Shown: one piece after another, positions 18,994-26,762 of the stretch
Layout of the letters: every line of letters starts with the position of its first letter
Position numbering within the stretch: position 1 is the stretch's first letter
Assembly (NCBI GenBank): GCA_963703285.1
Contig: OY969807.1
Location: 320,001 to 384,000, forward strand
Origin: an uncultured Nitrososphaerota archaeon
GTDB lineage: Archaea; Thermoproteota; Nitrososphaeria; Nitrososphaerales; Gagatemarchaeaceae
Reading direction: 5' to 3'
Length of the DNA stretch: 64,000 nucleotides
Position numbers and translations under genes: made by a program
Notes under the pieces: model-generated
Database searches by the model: none
What the model was told of the DNA's origin: nothing
Seen by the model: the letters and a program-made list of their open reading frames with translations, nothing else

Positions 18994-19563
18994 TCAGGAC
19001 GCCAGCCAGGTGACCTTCTCGCGGAAGGGGGTCCTCTTCCCCGGAGCGACCGCTCCCGAGGCGTATCCGACCTGGACCATCGCGACGAGCACCTCGCCCT
19101 CAGCCATGGCGAAGAACCTCTTCACCACCTCCGAGTACGAGTGCATCCCCGTCCTCACCGAGGTCGCCAGCCCGAGTGACCGCGCGGCAAGGAGCATGTT
19201 CTGGAGGGCCGCTCCGGCAGCTACGATCTCCTCCTGGGGGACGACGTTCCCCCCGGTCCCCGGGGCCCCTATGAGGGCGATCAACACCGGTGAGGAGAGC
19301 GGCTTGGACCTCTCCTTCTCGAGCCGTTCCGACGGAAGGGGCTCCGGGGAGGATCCTTCCAGCGCCGCCGCCAGCGCTTCCCCCAGTCTCACCCGCGCGC
19401 CCTTCTCAAGGACGACGAACCTCCAGGGCTCGGTCAGGTGGTGGTTGGGGGCCCAGGTCGCCGCCTCGATAATCTCCTCGATGAGGGCTCGGGGAGGCTC
19501 TCCGTCCGGGTCCATCCTCTTGACGTTCCTCCGCGACCTGATCGCCTCGATGACCTCGTTCAT
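18994..19563 (-). CDS. Nitroreductase-family protein
   Basis: RSRRNV, AATWAPNHHLTEPWRF, QNMLLAA motifs. Confidence 0.9.
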   Translation of the reverse strand: MNEVIEAIRSRRNVKRMDPDGEPPRALIEEIIEAATWAPNHHLTEPWRFVVLEKGARVRLGEALAAALEGSSPEPLPSERLEKERSKPLSSPVLIALIGAPGTGGNVVPQEEIVAAGAALQNMLLAARSLGLATSVRTGMHSYSEVVKRFFAMAEGEVLVAMVQVGYASGAVAPGKRTPFREKVTWLAS

Positions 19564-19645
19564 CGCGTCAGCCGCGCGATCCCGACCCTAGATAAGCGGG
19601 TCTCTACCTAGAACTTAAATAGAAAAAACAGTCGTCGTGAGAACG

Positions 19646-20311
19646 ATGAAGTTCTACCTCGACACAGCGAACCTTGCCTCGATCCGGAGGTACAACCAGA
19701 TGGGCCTGGTGGACGGGGTGACGACGAACCCCTCCCTCGTGGCCAAGGAGCAGGGCGACTTCGAGGAGATCGTCGTCGCGATATGCAAGGAGGTCAACGG
19801 CCCGGTATCCGCCGAGGTCGTCAGCACCGACCACGACGGTATCGTCTCAGAGGCGAAGCACCTCTCGAAGCTCGCGCCGAACGTCGTCGTGAAGATCCCG
19901 ATGATTCCCGAGGGTCTGAGGGCGACCAGGACCGTGAGCTCGATGGGCATCCCCGTCAACGTAACCCTCATCTTCTCGGCGAACCAGGGCCTCCTCGCCG
20001 CCAAGGCTGGCGCCTCGTACATCAGCCCCTTCATAGGGAGGCTCGACGACATCGGCCAGAGGGGCATGGGGGTGATAGAGGACCTCGTCAAGATAAAGCG
20101 GAACTATGGCCTGAAGGCGGAGGTCCTGGTCGCGAGCATCAGACATCCGCAGCACGTCCTCGAGGCCGCGAAGCTGGGCGCGGACATAGCCACGATGCCG
20201 GCCGAAGTGATGGAGAAGATGATGATGCACCCGCTCACCGACGCGGGCCTGAAGAAGTTCCTCGAAGACTGGTCCAGGGCCAAGAAGGAGAAGCCGTCGC
20301 TTACGGTCTGA
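19646..20311 (+). CDS. tal: Transaldolase / fructose-6-phosphate aldolase (short type)
   Basis: FYLDTA, GVTTNPSL, VVKIP, SPFIGRLDD motifs. Confidence 0.9.
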   Translation: MKFYLDTANLASIRRYNQMGLVDGVTTNPSLVAKEQGDFEEIVVAICKEVNGPVSAEVVSTDHDGIVSEAKHLSKLAPNVVVKIPMIPEGLRATRTVSSMGIPVNVTLIFSANQGLLAAKAGASYISPFIGRLDDIGQRGMGVIEDLVKIKRNYGLKAEVLVASIRHPQHVLEAAKLGADIATMPAEVMEKMMMHPLTDAGLKKFLEDWSRAKKEKPSLTV

Positions 20312-20339
20312 GACCTTCGGTGACGTCAGGGTCCACCGC

Positions 20340-20630
20340 ATGAAGTACATGACGGACGCCAACGTGAGCGGTCTCGCGAGGGAGCTGAGGGCGCGGGGGG
20401 TCGACTGCGAGACGGTCCACAGGCTCATGCTGGGGAACGAGGACTCGCGCGTTCCGATATCCGACCCCCAGATCGTCAAGTTCCTTTCTGACAAGGGCGG
20501 CTCGATAACCCTAATCACGCTCGACAGCGAGCTCGCCTCCTACTGCGCCGCCTTCGGAATCTCGTGCATCCGGCTGCAGGACCTCGTCATCGAGCACATC
20601 TCCCCCGCAGGAACAAAGCTACCTAAGTAA
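20340..20630 (+). CDS. Small Mut7-C/DUF5615-like PIN-domain protein
   Basis: MKYMTDANV..LARELR..G.D, SD..I and LITLD.EL motifs. Confidence 0.7.
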   Translation: MKYMTDANVSGLARELRARGVDCETVHRLMLGNEDSRVPISDPQIVKFLSDKGGSITLITLDSELASYCAAFGISCIRLQDLVIEHISPAGTKLPK

Positions 20631-20636
20631 AGTAGC

Positions 20637-20661
20637 GGTTCTGTCAACTCTTCGGCTCATG
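20637..20661 (+). repeat. Terminal inverted repeat at the tnpB 3' side
   Basis: GGTTCTGTCAACTCTTCGGCTCATG; contains the tnpB stop codon. Confidence 0.88.
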
Positions 20662-21816
20662 TCCGAAGGAGTCAACTTCCACCCATCTGCTCGGAGGATT
20701 ACCCGCCTTCTCCTGCCTTCGGGGTTCCCCTTCACCGCTTCTTCTGGGTGGCCGAGCCGCACGAACCTGTGCGGCCATCATGATGTTCCTCGATGCGTTC
20801 GCGTCCCTATCCTCGGTCTTGCCGCAAGAGGGACAGATCACCGTCCGTCCCTCGAATCTCTGAGAGGAGCCACACTTCGAGCAGTTTCGGGACGTGTAGC
20901 GCGGGCTCACGTATGTGACGGGGAGACCCTCCCATCTTGCCTTGTACTCGATTTGCCTTTGAATTTCCCGGAAGGTCCAGGAGTTCATCCTGCCTCTGTA
21001 GACGGCATCCTGCCAATTCCCTTTGCGGTAGAGCTTCCGTATCCCTTTCAGCCTCTCCATGACCGCACCGAATCGCTTCCGTTTCGCCTCCTGAACGATG
21101 GCCCTGCTGATCAGGTGAAGTCTGTGAACCGTCCTGTCCTTTTCCCTCCTTCCGTACTTGCGATAGAGGCGCTGGCTGACTCGTCTGTCCTGCCTTGTCC
21201 GATTTCCTATCTTCGCCCTAATGTCCCTATATCGCTCCCTGAGCTCGGAAATCTCGGAGGTGTCGTACCGGGCCACGCGTCCAGACGCGTCTGACGTGGT
21301 GACGTTCCTCTCGTTCACGTCTAGTCCTACGTTACCTGCGATGTCAATCGTCGCGGATTCCTTCGAGAACGCGATCGAGAGGCCCTGAGGCGTAAGAGTG
21401 ATGGAGCCTTTCCTGAGGCTTGAATCGTCGATGAACGCGAGGTGGTACCTGGAGCCCTGCAGGACAAGGTAGACGAACTGCCTGGGCCTGGTCGGGATCC
21501 TCAACACCATGTGGTTCAGGAGGTACGACTGGCTGTCTAGCTTGAGAAAGACGCGCTTCACGTACGGTCGTGACCTTCTCTCCTTGTTGCGATATATCGA
21601 GAATGCGACTTCGCAGGCCGAAAGCAGGTAGTGAGTGTGGAGACCGTACTCCTTCAGGCGGGAGTATGCGAGCCTGATTAGAGCGAACCTATTCTTGGGC
21701 TTCTCCTGCAATGCTATCCTGATGGCGTCGTTGCACATCAGGCGGAAGTCCTCCAGGAGGGAGCCCAGCTCCTGGGAGTAGGCGTAACTGAACCGGACGG
21801 CCCTGACGGCTCGCAC
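20644..21816 (-). CDS. tnpB: TnpB-family RNA-guided endonuclease
   Basis: RuvC-I GLDVN, RuvC-II VMERL, QIEYKA.W.G, YTSRNCSKCG...CPSCG Zn finger, RuvC-III DRDANASRNI. Confidence 0.93.
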   Translation of the reverse strand: MRAVRAVRFSYAYSQELGSLLEDFRLMCNDAIRIALQEKPKNRFALIRLAYSRLKEYGLHTHYLLSACEVAFSIYRNKERRSRPYVKRVFLKLDSQSYLLNHMVLRIPTRPRQFVYLVLQGSRYHLAFIDDSSLRKGSITLTPQGLSIAFSKESATIDIAGNVGLDVNERNVTTSDASGRVARYDTSEISELRERYRDIRAKIGNRTRQDRRVSQRLYRKYGRREKDRTVHRLHLISRAIVQEAKRKRFGAVMERLKGIRKLYRKGNWQDAVYRGRMNSWTFREIQRQIEYKARWEGLPVTYVSPRYTSRNCSKCGSSQRFEGRTVICPSCGKTEDRDANASRNIMMAAQVRAARPPRRSGEGEPRRQEKAGNPPSRWVEVDSFGHEPKS

Positions 21817-21847
21817 ATCTTCTCTGTTCCGCCGAATACTTAAGCGC

Positions 21848-21872
21848 CATGAGCCGAAGGGGTACTAGAACC
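21848..21872 (-). repeat. Terminal inverted repeat at the tnpB 5' side
   Basis: Reads inward GGTTCTAGTACCCCTTCGGCTCATG. Confidence 0.88.
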
Positions 21873-21914
21873 AAAGTAGCAAAGGTTTTAACGAGTCGGG
21901 CCGGCCAAACTCTC

Positions 21915-22520
21915 ATGGCTAAGACCTACACTCTTCCGCCGCTGCCGTACGCCTACAACGCTCTCGAACCGTACATATCGCAGCAGATAATGACGCTGCA
22001 TCACGACAAGCACCACAACGCCTACGTGACGGGCGCGAACGCAGCCCTCGACAAGCTCGAGAAGGCGCGGGCGGGGCAGATGCAGATTGACGTGAGGGGC
22101 GTCCTCAGGGACCTGAGCTTCAACCTGGACGGCCACAAGCTCCACTCTCTCTTCTGGCCGAATATGGCCCCCGCAGGAAAGGGAGGAGGCAAGCCCGGAG
22201 GGAAGCTGGCCGACAAGATCGACGCCGACTTCGGGGGGTTCGACAAGTTCAAGCAGCAGTTCGGAGACGCGGCCAAGGCCGTGGAGGGTGTGGGATGGGC
22301 CCTCCTATGTTACGATTCTGAACTGGGTCAACTCATGATGACACAAGTCGAGAAACAAAACGTGATGCATCTGGCCGAACTCCCAATTCTGCTGGGCTGC
22401 GACGTTTTTGAACACGCATATTACTTGCAGTATCTGAACGACCGAGGAAAGTACGTCGACGCTTGGTGGAACGTGGTGAACTGGGACGACGTCGGGAAAA
22501 GGCTGGACAAAGTGAAGTAG
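21915..22520 (+). CDS. sod: Fe/Mn superoxide dismutase
   Basis: LPPLPYAYNALEP, HHDKHH, GH.LH..FW, DVFEHAYY motifs. The ORF-track ATG at 21849 lies inside the TIR. Confidence 0.95.
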   Translation: MAKTYTLPPLPYAYNALEPYISQQIMTLHHDKHHNAYVTGANAALDKLEKARAGQMQIDVRGVLRDLSFNLDGHKLHSLFWPNMAPAGKGGGKPGGKLADKIDADFGGFDKFKQQFGDAAKAVEGVGWALLCYDSELGQLMMTQVEKQNVMHLAELPILLGCDVFEHAYYLQYLNDRGKYVDAWWNVVNWDDVGKRLDKVK

Positions 22521-22766
22521 TCCAACAGCTAATCTGCTACCTAGTTCGGAAGCTCTCGGTAGGTCTCACGCAGTAGACCTTGCCGGCGACGAAACCGATC
22601 AAAAGCAGGGCCGGGGGGTCGAGAAGGAAACTCAGGGACTACACGCGCGCCTCTGGAGAGGACTTCGTATTTAGGCGCTCCCTCGTCAGAGTGAAGAAGC
22701 CCGACGTCAAGATTCCTGAGATGTCCGGCAGGCTATTTATAGCGAGTTCGACCCGTTCAAGAGCCG

Positions 22767-23690
22767 ATGGGCGAATTCACCATCAACACCGAGGGCGTCC
22801 CCTTCAGCCTCCGCTACACCCTCGAGAGCGGCCAGTCCTTCCGGTGGGCGCAGAGGGGCGACTGGTGGGTCGGCGTCGTGGGCCCGGGCGTCGTCCGCAT
22901 CAGGCAGGACGGCGCGTCCCTCGTCTGCGCCTCCAGCACCGAGGCCCTGGACTCCCACGCCCTCTTCGGCTACCTCGGCCTCGAGGACGACCTCGAGCGC
23001 ATCCTCGCCTCCATAATGAAGGACGAGAAGATAACCGAGGCCGTCCAGGCCCTCTACGGCCTGAGGCTTATGAAGCAGGATGTCTGGGAGTGCCTGCTCT
23101 CGTTCGCCCTCGCCCAGAACTCCAACATCCCGAGGATCAGGACGATGATATCGAGCCTCTGCGGGCTCCTGGGAGAGAGGGTCGATTTCGAGGGTGAGGC
23201 CTACTCGCTCTTCCCCACGCCGGAGTCGGTCGCGTCCGCCGAGGTCTCCGCGCTGACGGCCTGCGGCCTCGGGTACAGGGCGAGGTACGTGAAGGGCATA
23301 GCGGAGGCGGTCAACCTGGGCTATCGGAACCTCGACGAGCTGCGCCTCTACGACTACCCCAGATCGAAGGAGCTTCTCATGGAGGAGGTCCTCGGAAAGA
23401 AGACGCTGATGGGGATCGGTCCCAAGGTCGCCGACTGCGTCCTCCTCTTCTCGTGCGGCAAGTACTCTGCGTTCCCCATCGACGTCTGGATCGCCAAGGT
23501 TCTCGCGGGCTACTACCCCCACCTGTTCGCCCCGGAGCTGAAGGAGAAGCTCGCGTCAGCGGTCTCGGGCAAGAGCAGCCTCTCGGAGGCCACCTACGAG
23601 GCTCTCGCGGCCGACGCCAGGGGGTACTTCGGGGAGTTCGCGGGCTACGCTCAGCAGTACCTCTTCCACAACGAAAGGACGCGGACCTAG
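22767..23690 (+). CDS. 8-oxoguanine DNA glycosylase (OGG1-like HhH-GPD)
   Basis: TLESGQSFRW, GLGYRA, GIGPKVADC, FPIDVW, AGYAQQYLF motifs. Confidence 0.88.
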   Translation: MGEFTINTEGVPFSLRYTLESGQSFRWAQRGDWWVGVVGPGVVRIRQDGASLVCASSTEALDSHALFGYLGLEDDLERILASIMKDEKITEAVQALYGLRLMKQDVWECLLSFALAQNSNIPRIRTMISSLCGLLGERVDFEGEAYSLFPTPESVASAEVSALTACGLGYRARYVKGIAEAVNLGYRNLDELRLYDYPRSKELLMEEVLGKKTLMGIGPKVADCVLLFSCGKYSAFPIDVWIAKVLAGYYPHLFAPELKEKLASAVSGKSSLSEATYEALAADARGYFGEFAGYAQQYLFHNERTRT

Positions 23691-23694
23691 GGCT

Positions 23695-24126
23695 CTAGTC
23701 TTCCTTCGACTTTCGGGCCTTCTTCGGCCTAGACACCTTCTTCTTCTTCTCCTTCTCCTCTCGGGCCTCCTCGGCCTTCCGCGTCTTCGGCTCGGGGACG
23801 TACCACCCCCTCAGGCTGCTTACGTTCCTCTCGAGCACCGACCTCCTCTTGCTATCGACACGGACATCGTTCCTCCTCGCGAAGAGCACACCCACACCGG
23901 CGCTCTCGAGCTCGCCCAACGAGTAGCCCCGCGCGTCCCTCTCCTTCATCTCGCGATCGTGCCTCGCTAGGACGACCGGCGTCGGCGCGGGCCCCGGGTC
24001 CGCCCTCGCAGCCGTGACCTCGGCGGCGGGCTCCGCCTTCTCCTCCTTGGGCGCCTTCTTCCTCGCCGCGGCCCTCCTGGCGGACGTCTTCTTGGCGGGG
24101 GCCTTCTTCTCGTCCCTGTCGCTCAT
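23695..24126 (-). CDS. rpl13e: Ribosomal protein eL13-like with Lys/Ala-rich extensions
   Basis: RGYSLGEL..AG......VD.KRRS....NV..L motif. Confidence 0.75.
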   Translation of the reverse strand: MSDRDEKKAPAKKTSARRAAARKKAPKEEKAEPAAEVTAARADPGPAPTPVVLARHDREMKERDARGYSLGELESAGVGVLFARRNDVRVDSKRRSVLERNVSSLRGWYVPEPKTRKAEEAREEKEKKKKVSRPKKARKSKED

Positions 24127-24270
24127 GTTCTGGTGCCGCCCGGCCCGCGGACTTTAAAAGTCGTTCCCCGCGCCTCGTCCTGACGGCGGTCCTCGCCATC
24201 TGCGACCTCGCAGGCTGCGCCACGGAGACCTCGGAAACGCTTAAGAAATGCGGGGCGGGCGCGCCGTCGT

Positions 24271-24408
24271 CCCGGAGTAGCTCAGCCTGGTAGATCCTCG
24301 TGGGGAACCAACAGCTTCCGGCTGTAGCGGTCGGCCATCGGCTGACCCGATCAGCCTACTCAGGCCACAGTAACCGGAGTGTCGTCGGCTCAAATCCGAC
24401 CTCCGGGA
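24271..24408 (+). tRNA. tRNA-Tyr(GTA) with two BHB introns (24294-24312 in the D-arm; 24328-24372 at 37/38)
   Basis: Acceptor CCCGGAG/CTCCGGG, D-stem GCTC/GAGC after splicing, anticodon stem TCCGG/CCGGA, loop CT-GTA-G^A, T-stem GTCGG/CCGAC; central BHB helices TGGT/ACCA and CTGT/ACAG with 3-nt bulges; CCA not encoded. Confidence 0.92.
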
Positions 24409-24431
24409 CGTATTCCTATGTGACTAATCCA

Positions 24432-25340
24432 TCATTGCCAATTATGCCTACCAGTAATCTTTGCCCACCTTCGGTTTCGAAGTGTATAGCTCGAGAGAAA
24501 TGCGACGTATCGACCCTTGAGAGGAACCTCGTTGATTATTGCAATCATGTCGTCGAGTTTGTCCTTCTTGCTGGGAACCGAGAACCCCACGACTGAATGG
24601 TAACGAAAAGCGTTCTGGATGCCGTCAATTCTGATCTGGGATACCTCGTGCCTCCTCGTGAAGGTCTTGCCGCGGCTAGTCATTGCCTCGCCAATCTTGT
24701 GAGTTTTGGCCAGACGTGACTCGATACCCAGACCCGTAAGGAAATCGCTCACCAGCGCCAAGTAGTCCAAATTCGTGTTTGCCGCTCCTATCTCGATTCC
24801 ACTGAACAACTGTTTCTTGTGATTGAGCTTGGGCGAGGCGAAGCCCTCGGCATCGAAGAAACCACGGAGAAAATCGCTTGGAAATGATTCGATCAACTTC
24901 GAGAATTCGTGAATGGGCTGTTGCAGAAAATCATAGAGAACCGCAGAATCGTAGCTGACGGAATAGAATCCTCCGTCTACTGTCACGGTCTTCAGGGTTG
25001 CCCCAAGAACCTGCGCGACCAATTCGTTAAGCAGATTTGCAAATGCTGAATCTGCAAGATTGAACCTCACCCTCTTGTCTTTAGGTCCGGCTGTCCTTCC
25101 ATCCCCAAGATACGCGCCGACGAGGTAGGACAGATCCGGCCTCGGCGTGAGGTCAGGACTATAGACGGTCCTCGAAGGCCGGTTAACCCTGAACCAGTAG
25201 CTCACGTCGCGCCTGCTGATGCCGAGACTTTGCGCAATGTCCCTGATTCCGAGGCCTTTCGACCTCAACTCGTGGACCTTAGAATACAGCTCAACTCTCT
25301 CCTCGAGAGGCCTATGCCTGTAGATTCTCGGCGTCCCCAC
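24432..25340 (-). CDS. Free-standing double-motif LAGLIDADG endonuclease with N-terminal HTH
   Basis: LSYLVGAYLGDG and FLRGFFDAEG motifs; HTH GIRDIAQSLGISRRDVSYW; lower GC than neighbours. Confidence 0.9.
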   Translation of the reverse strand: MGTPRIYRHRPLEERVELYSKVHELRSKGLGIRDIAQSLGISRRDVSYWFRVNRPSRTVYSPDLTPRPDLSYLVGAYLGDGRTAGPKDKRVRFNLADSAFANLLNELVAQVLGATLKTVTVDGGFYSVSYDSAVLYDFLQQPIHEFSKLIESFPSDFLRGFFDAEGFASPKLNHKKQLFSGIEIGAANTNLDYLALVSDFLTGLGIESRLAKTHKIGEAMTSRGKTFTRRHEVSQIRIDGIQNAFRYHSVVGFSVPSKKDKLDDMIAIINEVPLKGRYVAFLSSYTLRNRRWAKITGRHNWQ

Positions 25341-25443
25341 ATCCTGAGAGCATTGCCGCTCTCATAAGGGCCACCCGAGTATTCGTCCCTCGTCCCTTCA
25401 CTGGAACGATTAAAGCCACATCGTCCGTGCACCCGGCTCGGCA

Positions 25444-26700
25444 TTGAAGCTAAGCCTGGGCGGGAACCTCGCGCACCACAGGGACTTCGCGAGGCTCTGG
25501 CTCGGCGAGACGATAAGCTCATTCGGCGCGCAGTTCAGCTCCATCGCCATCCCCGCTCTCGCCATACTCCCCCCGTTCAACGCGCCTCCCCTCTACGTGG
25601 GCCTACTCACGTCCCTGGCGATCTTGCCCTACCCCCTCTTTGGCCTCTTCGTGGGCGTCTGGGTCGACCGGTTCAGGAAGCGGAGGATAATGGTCGCCTG
25701 CAACGTCGGGAGGATGGCATCGCTCGCCACGATACCGATAGCCGCCGCTCTGGGCCGACTCACACTCGACCAGCTCTTCGTGGTCGCCTTCGTCACAGGT
25801 GTCTTCTCGGTCTTCTTCGACATCTCATACCAGGCGTTCCTGCCTATTCTCATCGAGAGGAAGGACCTGATCGAGGGGAACCAGAAGCTCCAGGTGAGCG
25901 CCTCGGGGGCGTCGGTGGCGGGGCCGCCCGCCGCTGGCTTCGTATACGGCCTGATTGGTGGCGCCCTCACGTGCCTTGGCGACGCCATCGGCTATGCCAT
26001 GGCCGCGCTTGCGCTGCTCGACATCAGGCGGGTCGAGGAGAAGCCGAAGGCCCCCCGCCGCGACTTCTTCCTGGAGATGAGGGAGGGGCTCCACTCGGTG
26101 CTCTCGAACCGCCTGCTCTGGACCATCGCCGGGAGCACGGCCACGAGCAACCTAGGCTCGTACATGGTGGGAACTCCCCTGTACATCTTCGTGCTCAGGG
26201 CGCTCCACCTGTCTGTGTTTGACTATGGGATTATCGGCGGGTTCGGGGCGCTGGGCTTCGTCACCGGCGCGATCGTCGCGGCGAGGTTTACTCGAGTGTT
26301 CGGGCTCGGGAGGACCCTCGCGGTCTCCGTCTCGGTTGCGGGCCTCGCCGTCCTCTATCCGTTTATGAGGTTCACATATCCCATCGTCTTCGCGTCCCTC
26401 ATCGCGTTCATCATAGGGACGAGCTCTCCCATCTACAACATCGGCCAGGTCAGCCTGAGGCAGGCGATAACCCCCAACAGGCTCCAGGGCCGGATGAACG
26501 CGACCATGAGGGTAATAGTCTGGGGGACCATCCCTGTGGGTTCGATCCTGGGCGGCTATCTCGGGGGGGCCATCGGGCTTGTCGACACGATGTACCTGGG
26601 CGGGGCCGTGGCCGCAGCGGCGGGCCTGTGGATAGCGCTCGGACCGGTGGTCCGGCTGAGGACGCAGCCAGAGCCTCTCGAGGAACCGCCCGGCTCCTAA
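25444..26700 (+). CDS. MFS transporter
   Basis: 12-TM pattern, GVWVDRFRKRRIM motif A, LQGRMNA. Confidence 0.9.
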   Translation: MKLSLGGNLAHHRDFARLWLGETISSFGAQFSSIAIPALAILPPFNAPPLYVGLLTSLAILPYPLFGLFVGVWVDRFRKRRIMVACNVGRMASLATIPIAAALGRLTLDQLFVVAFVTGVFSVFFDISYQAFLPILIERKDLIEGNQKLQVSASGASVAGPPAAGFVYGLIGGALTCLGDAIGYAMAALALLDIRRVEEKPKAPRRDFFLEMREGLHSVLSNRLLWTIAGSTATSNLGSYMVGTPLYIFVLRALHLSVFDYGIIGGFGALGFVTGAIVAARFTRVFGLGRTLAVSVSVAGLAVLYPFMRFTYPIVFASLIAFIIGTSSPIYNIGQVSLRQAITPNRLQGRMNATMRVIVWGTIPVGSILGGYLGGAIGLVDTMYLGGAVAAAAGLWIALGPVVRLRTQPEPLEEPPGS

Positions 26701-26762
26701 GGGACTCCGTCCGTGCGGAACTCATTTAAGCAGAGAACGGGGCCGCGGCCACAGCAAGCAGA

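Larger units (their letters stand above)
20637..21872 (-). mobile_element. Non-autonomous tnpB element with 25-bp TIRs and 8-bp TSD (IS6-like ends)
   Basis: TIRs at 20637-20661 and 21848-21872 (20/25 identical); AAAGTAGC duplicated at 20629-20636 and 21873-21880. Confidence 0.9.

Noticed and set aside
21849-21914. N-terminal extension of Sod from ATG 21849
   Set aside because: That ATG lies in the tnpB element's TIR; Sod homology starts at ATG 21915 behind a TTTTAA box.
22580-22766. ORF 22580-23197 as a real gene
   Set aside because: Mostly out-of-frame overlap with the glycosylase; its 5' part lies in the degenerate post-sod region.
24328-24345. tRNA-Met reading from the CAT near 24336
   Set aside because: CAT lies inside intron 2; only TCCGG/CCGGA with GTA gives a proper anticodon arm and BHB.
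24300-24596. 98-aa ORF across the tRNA
   Set aside because: Overlaps the tRNA and the antisense endonuclease gene; no protein motifs.
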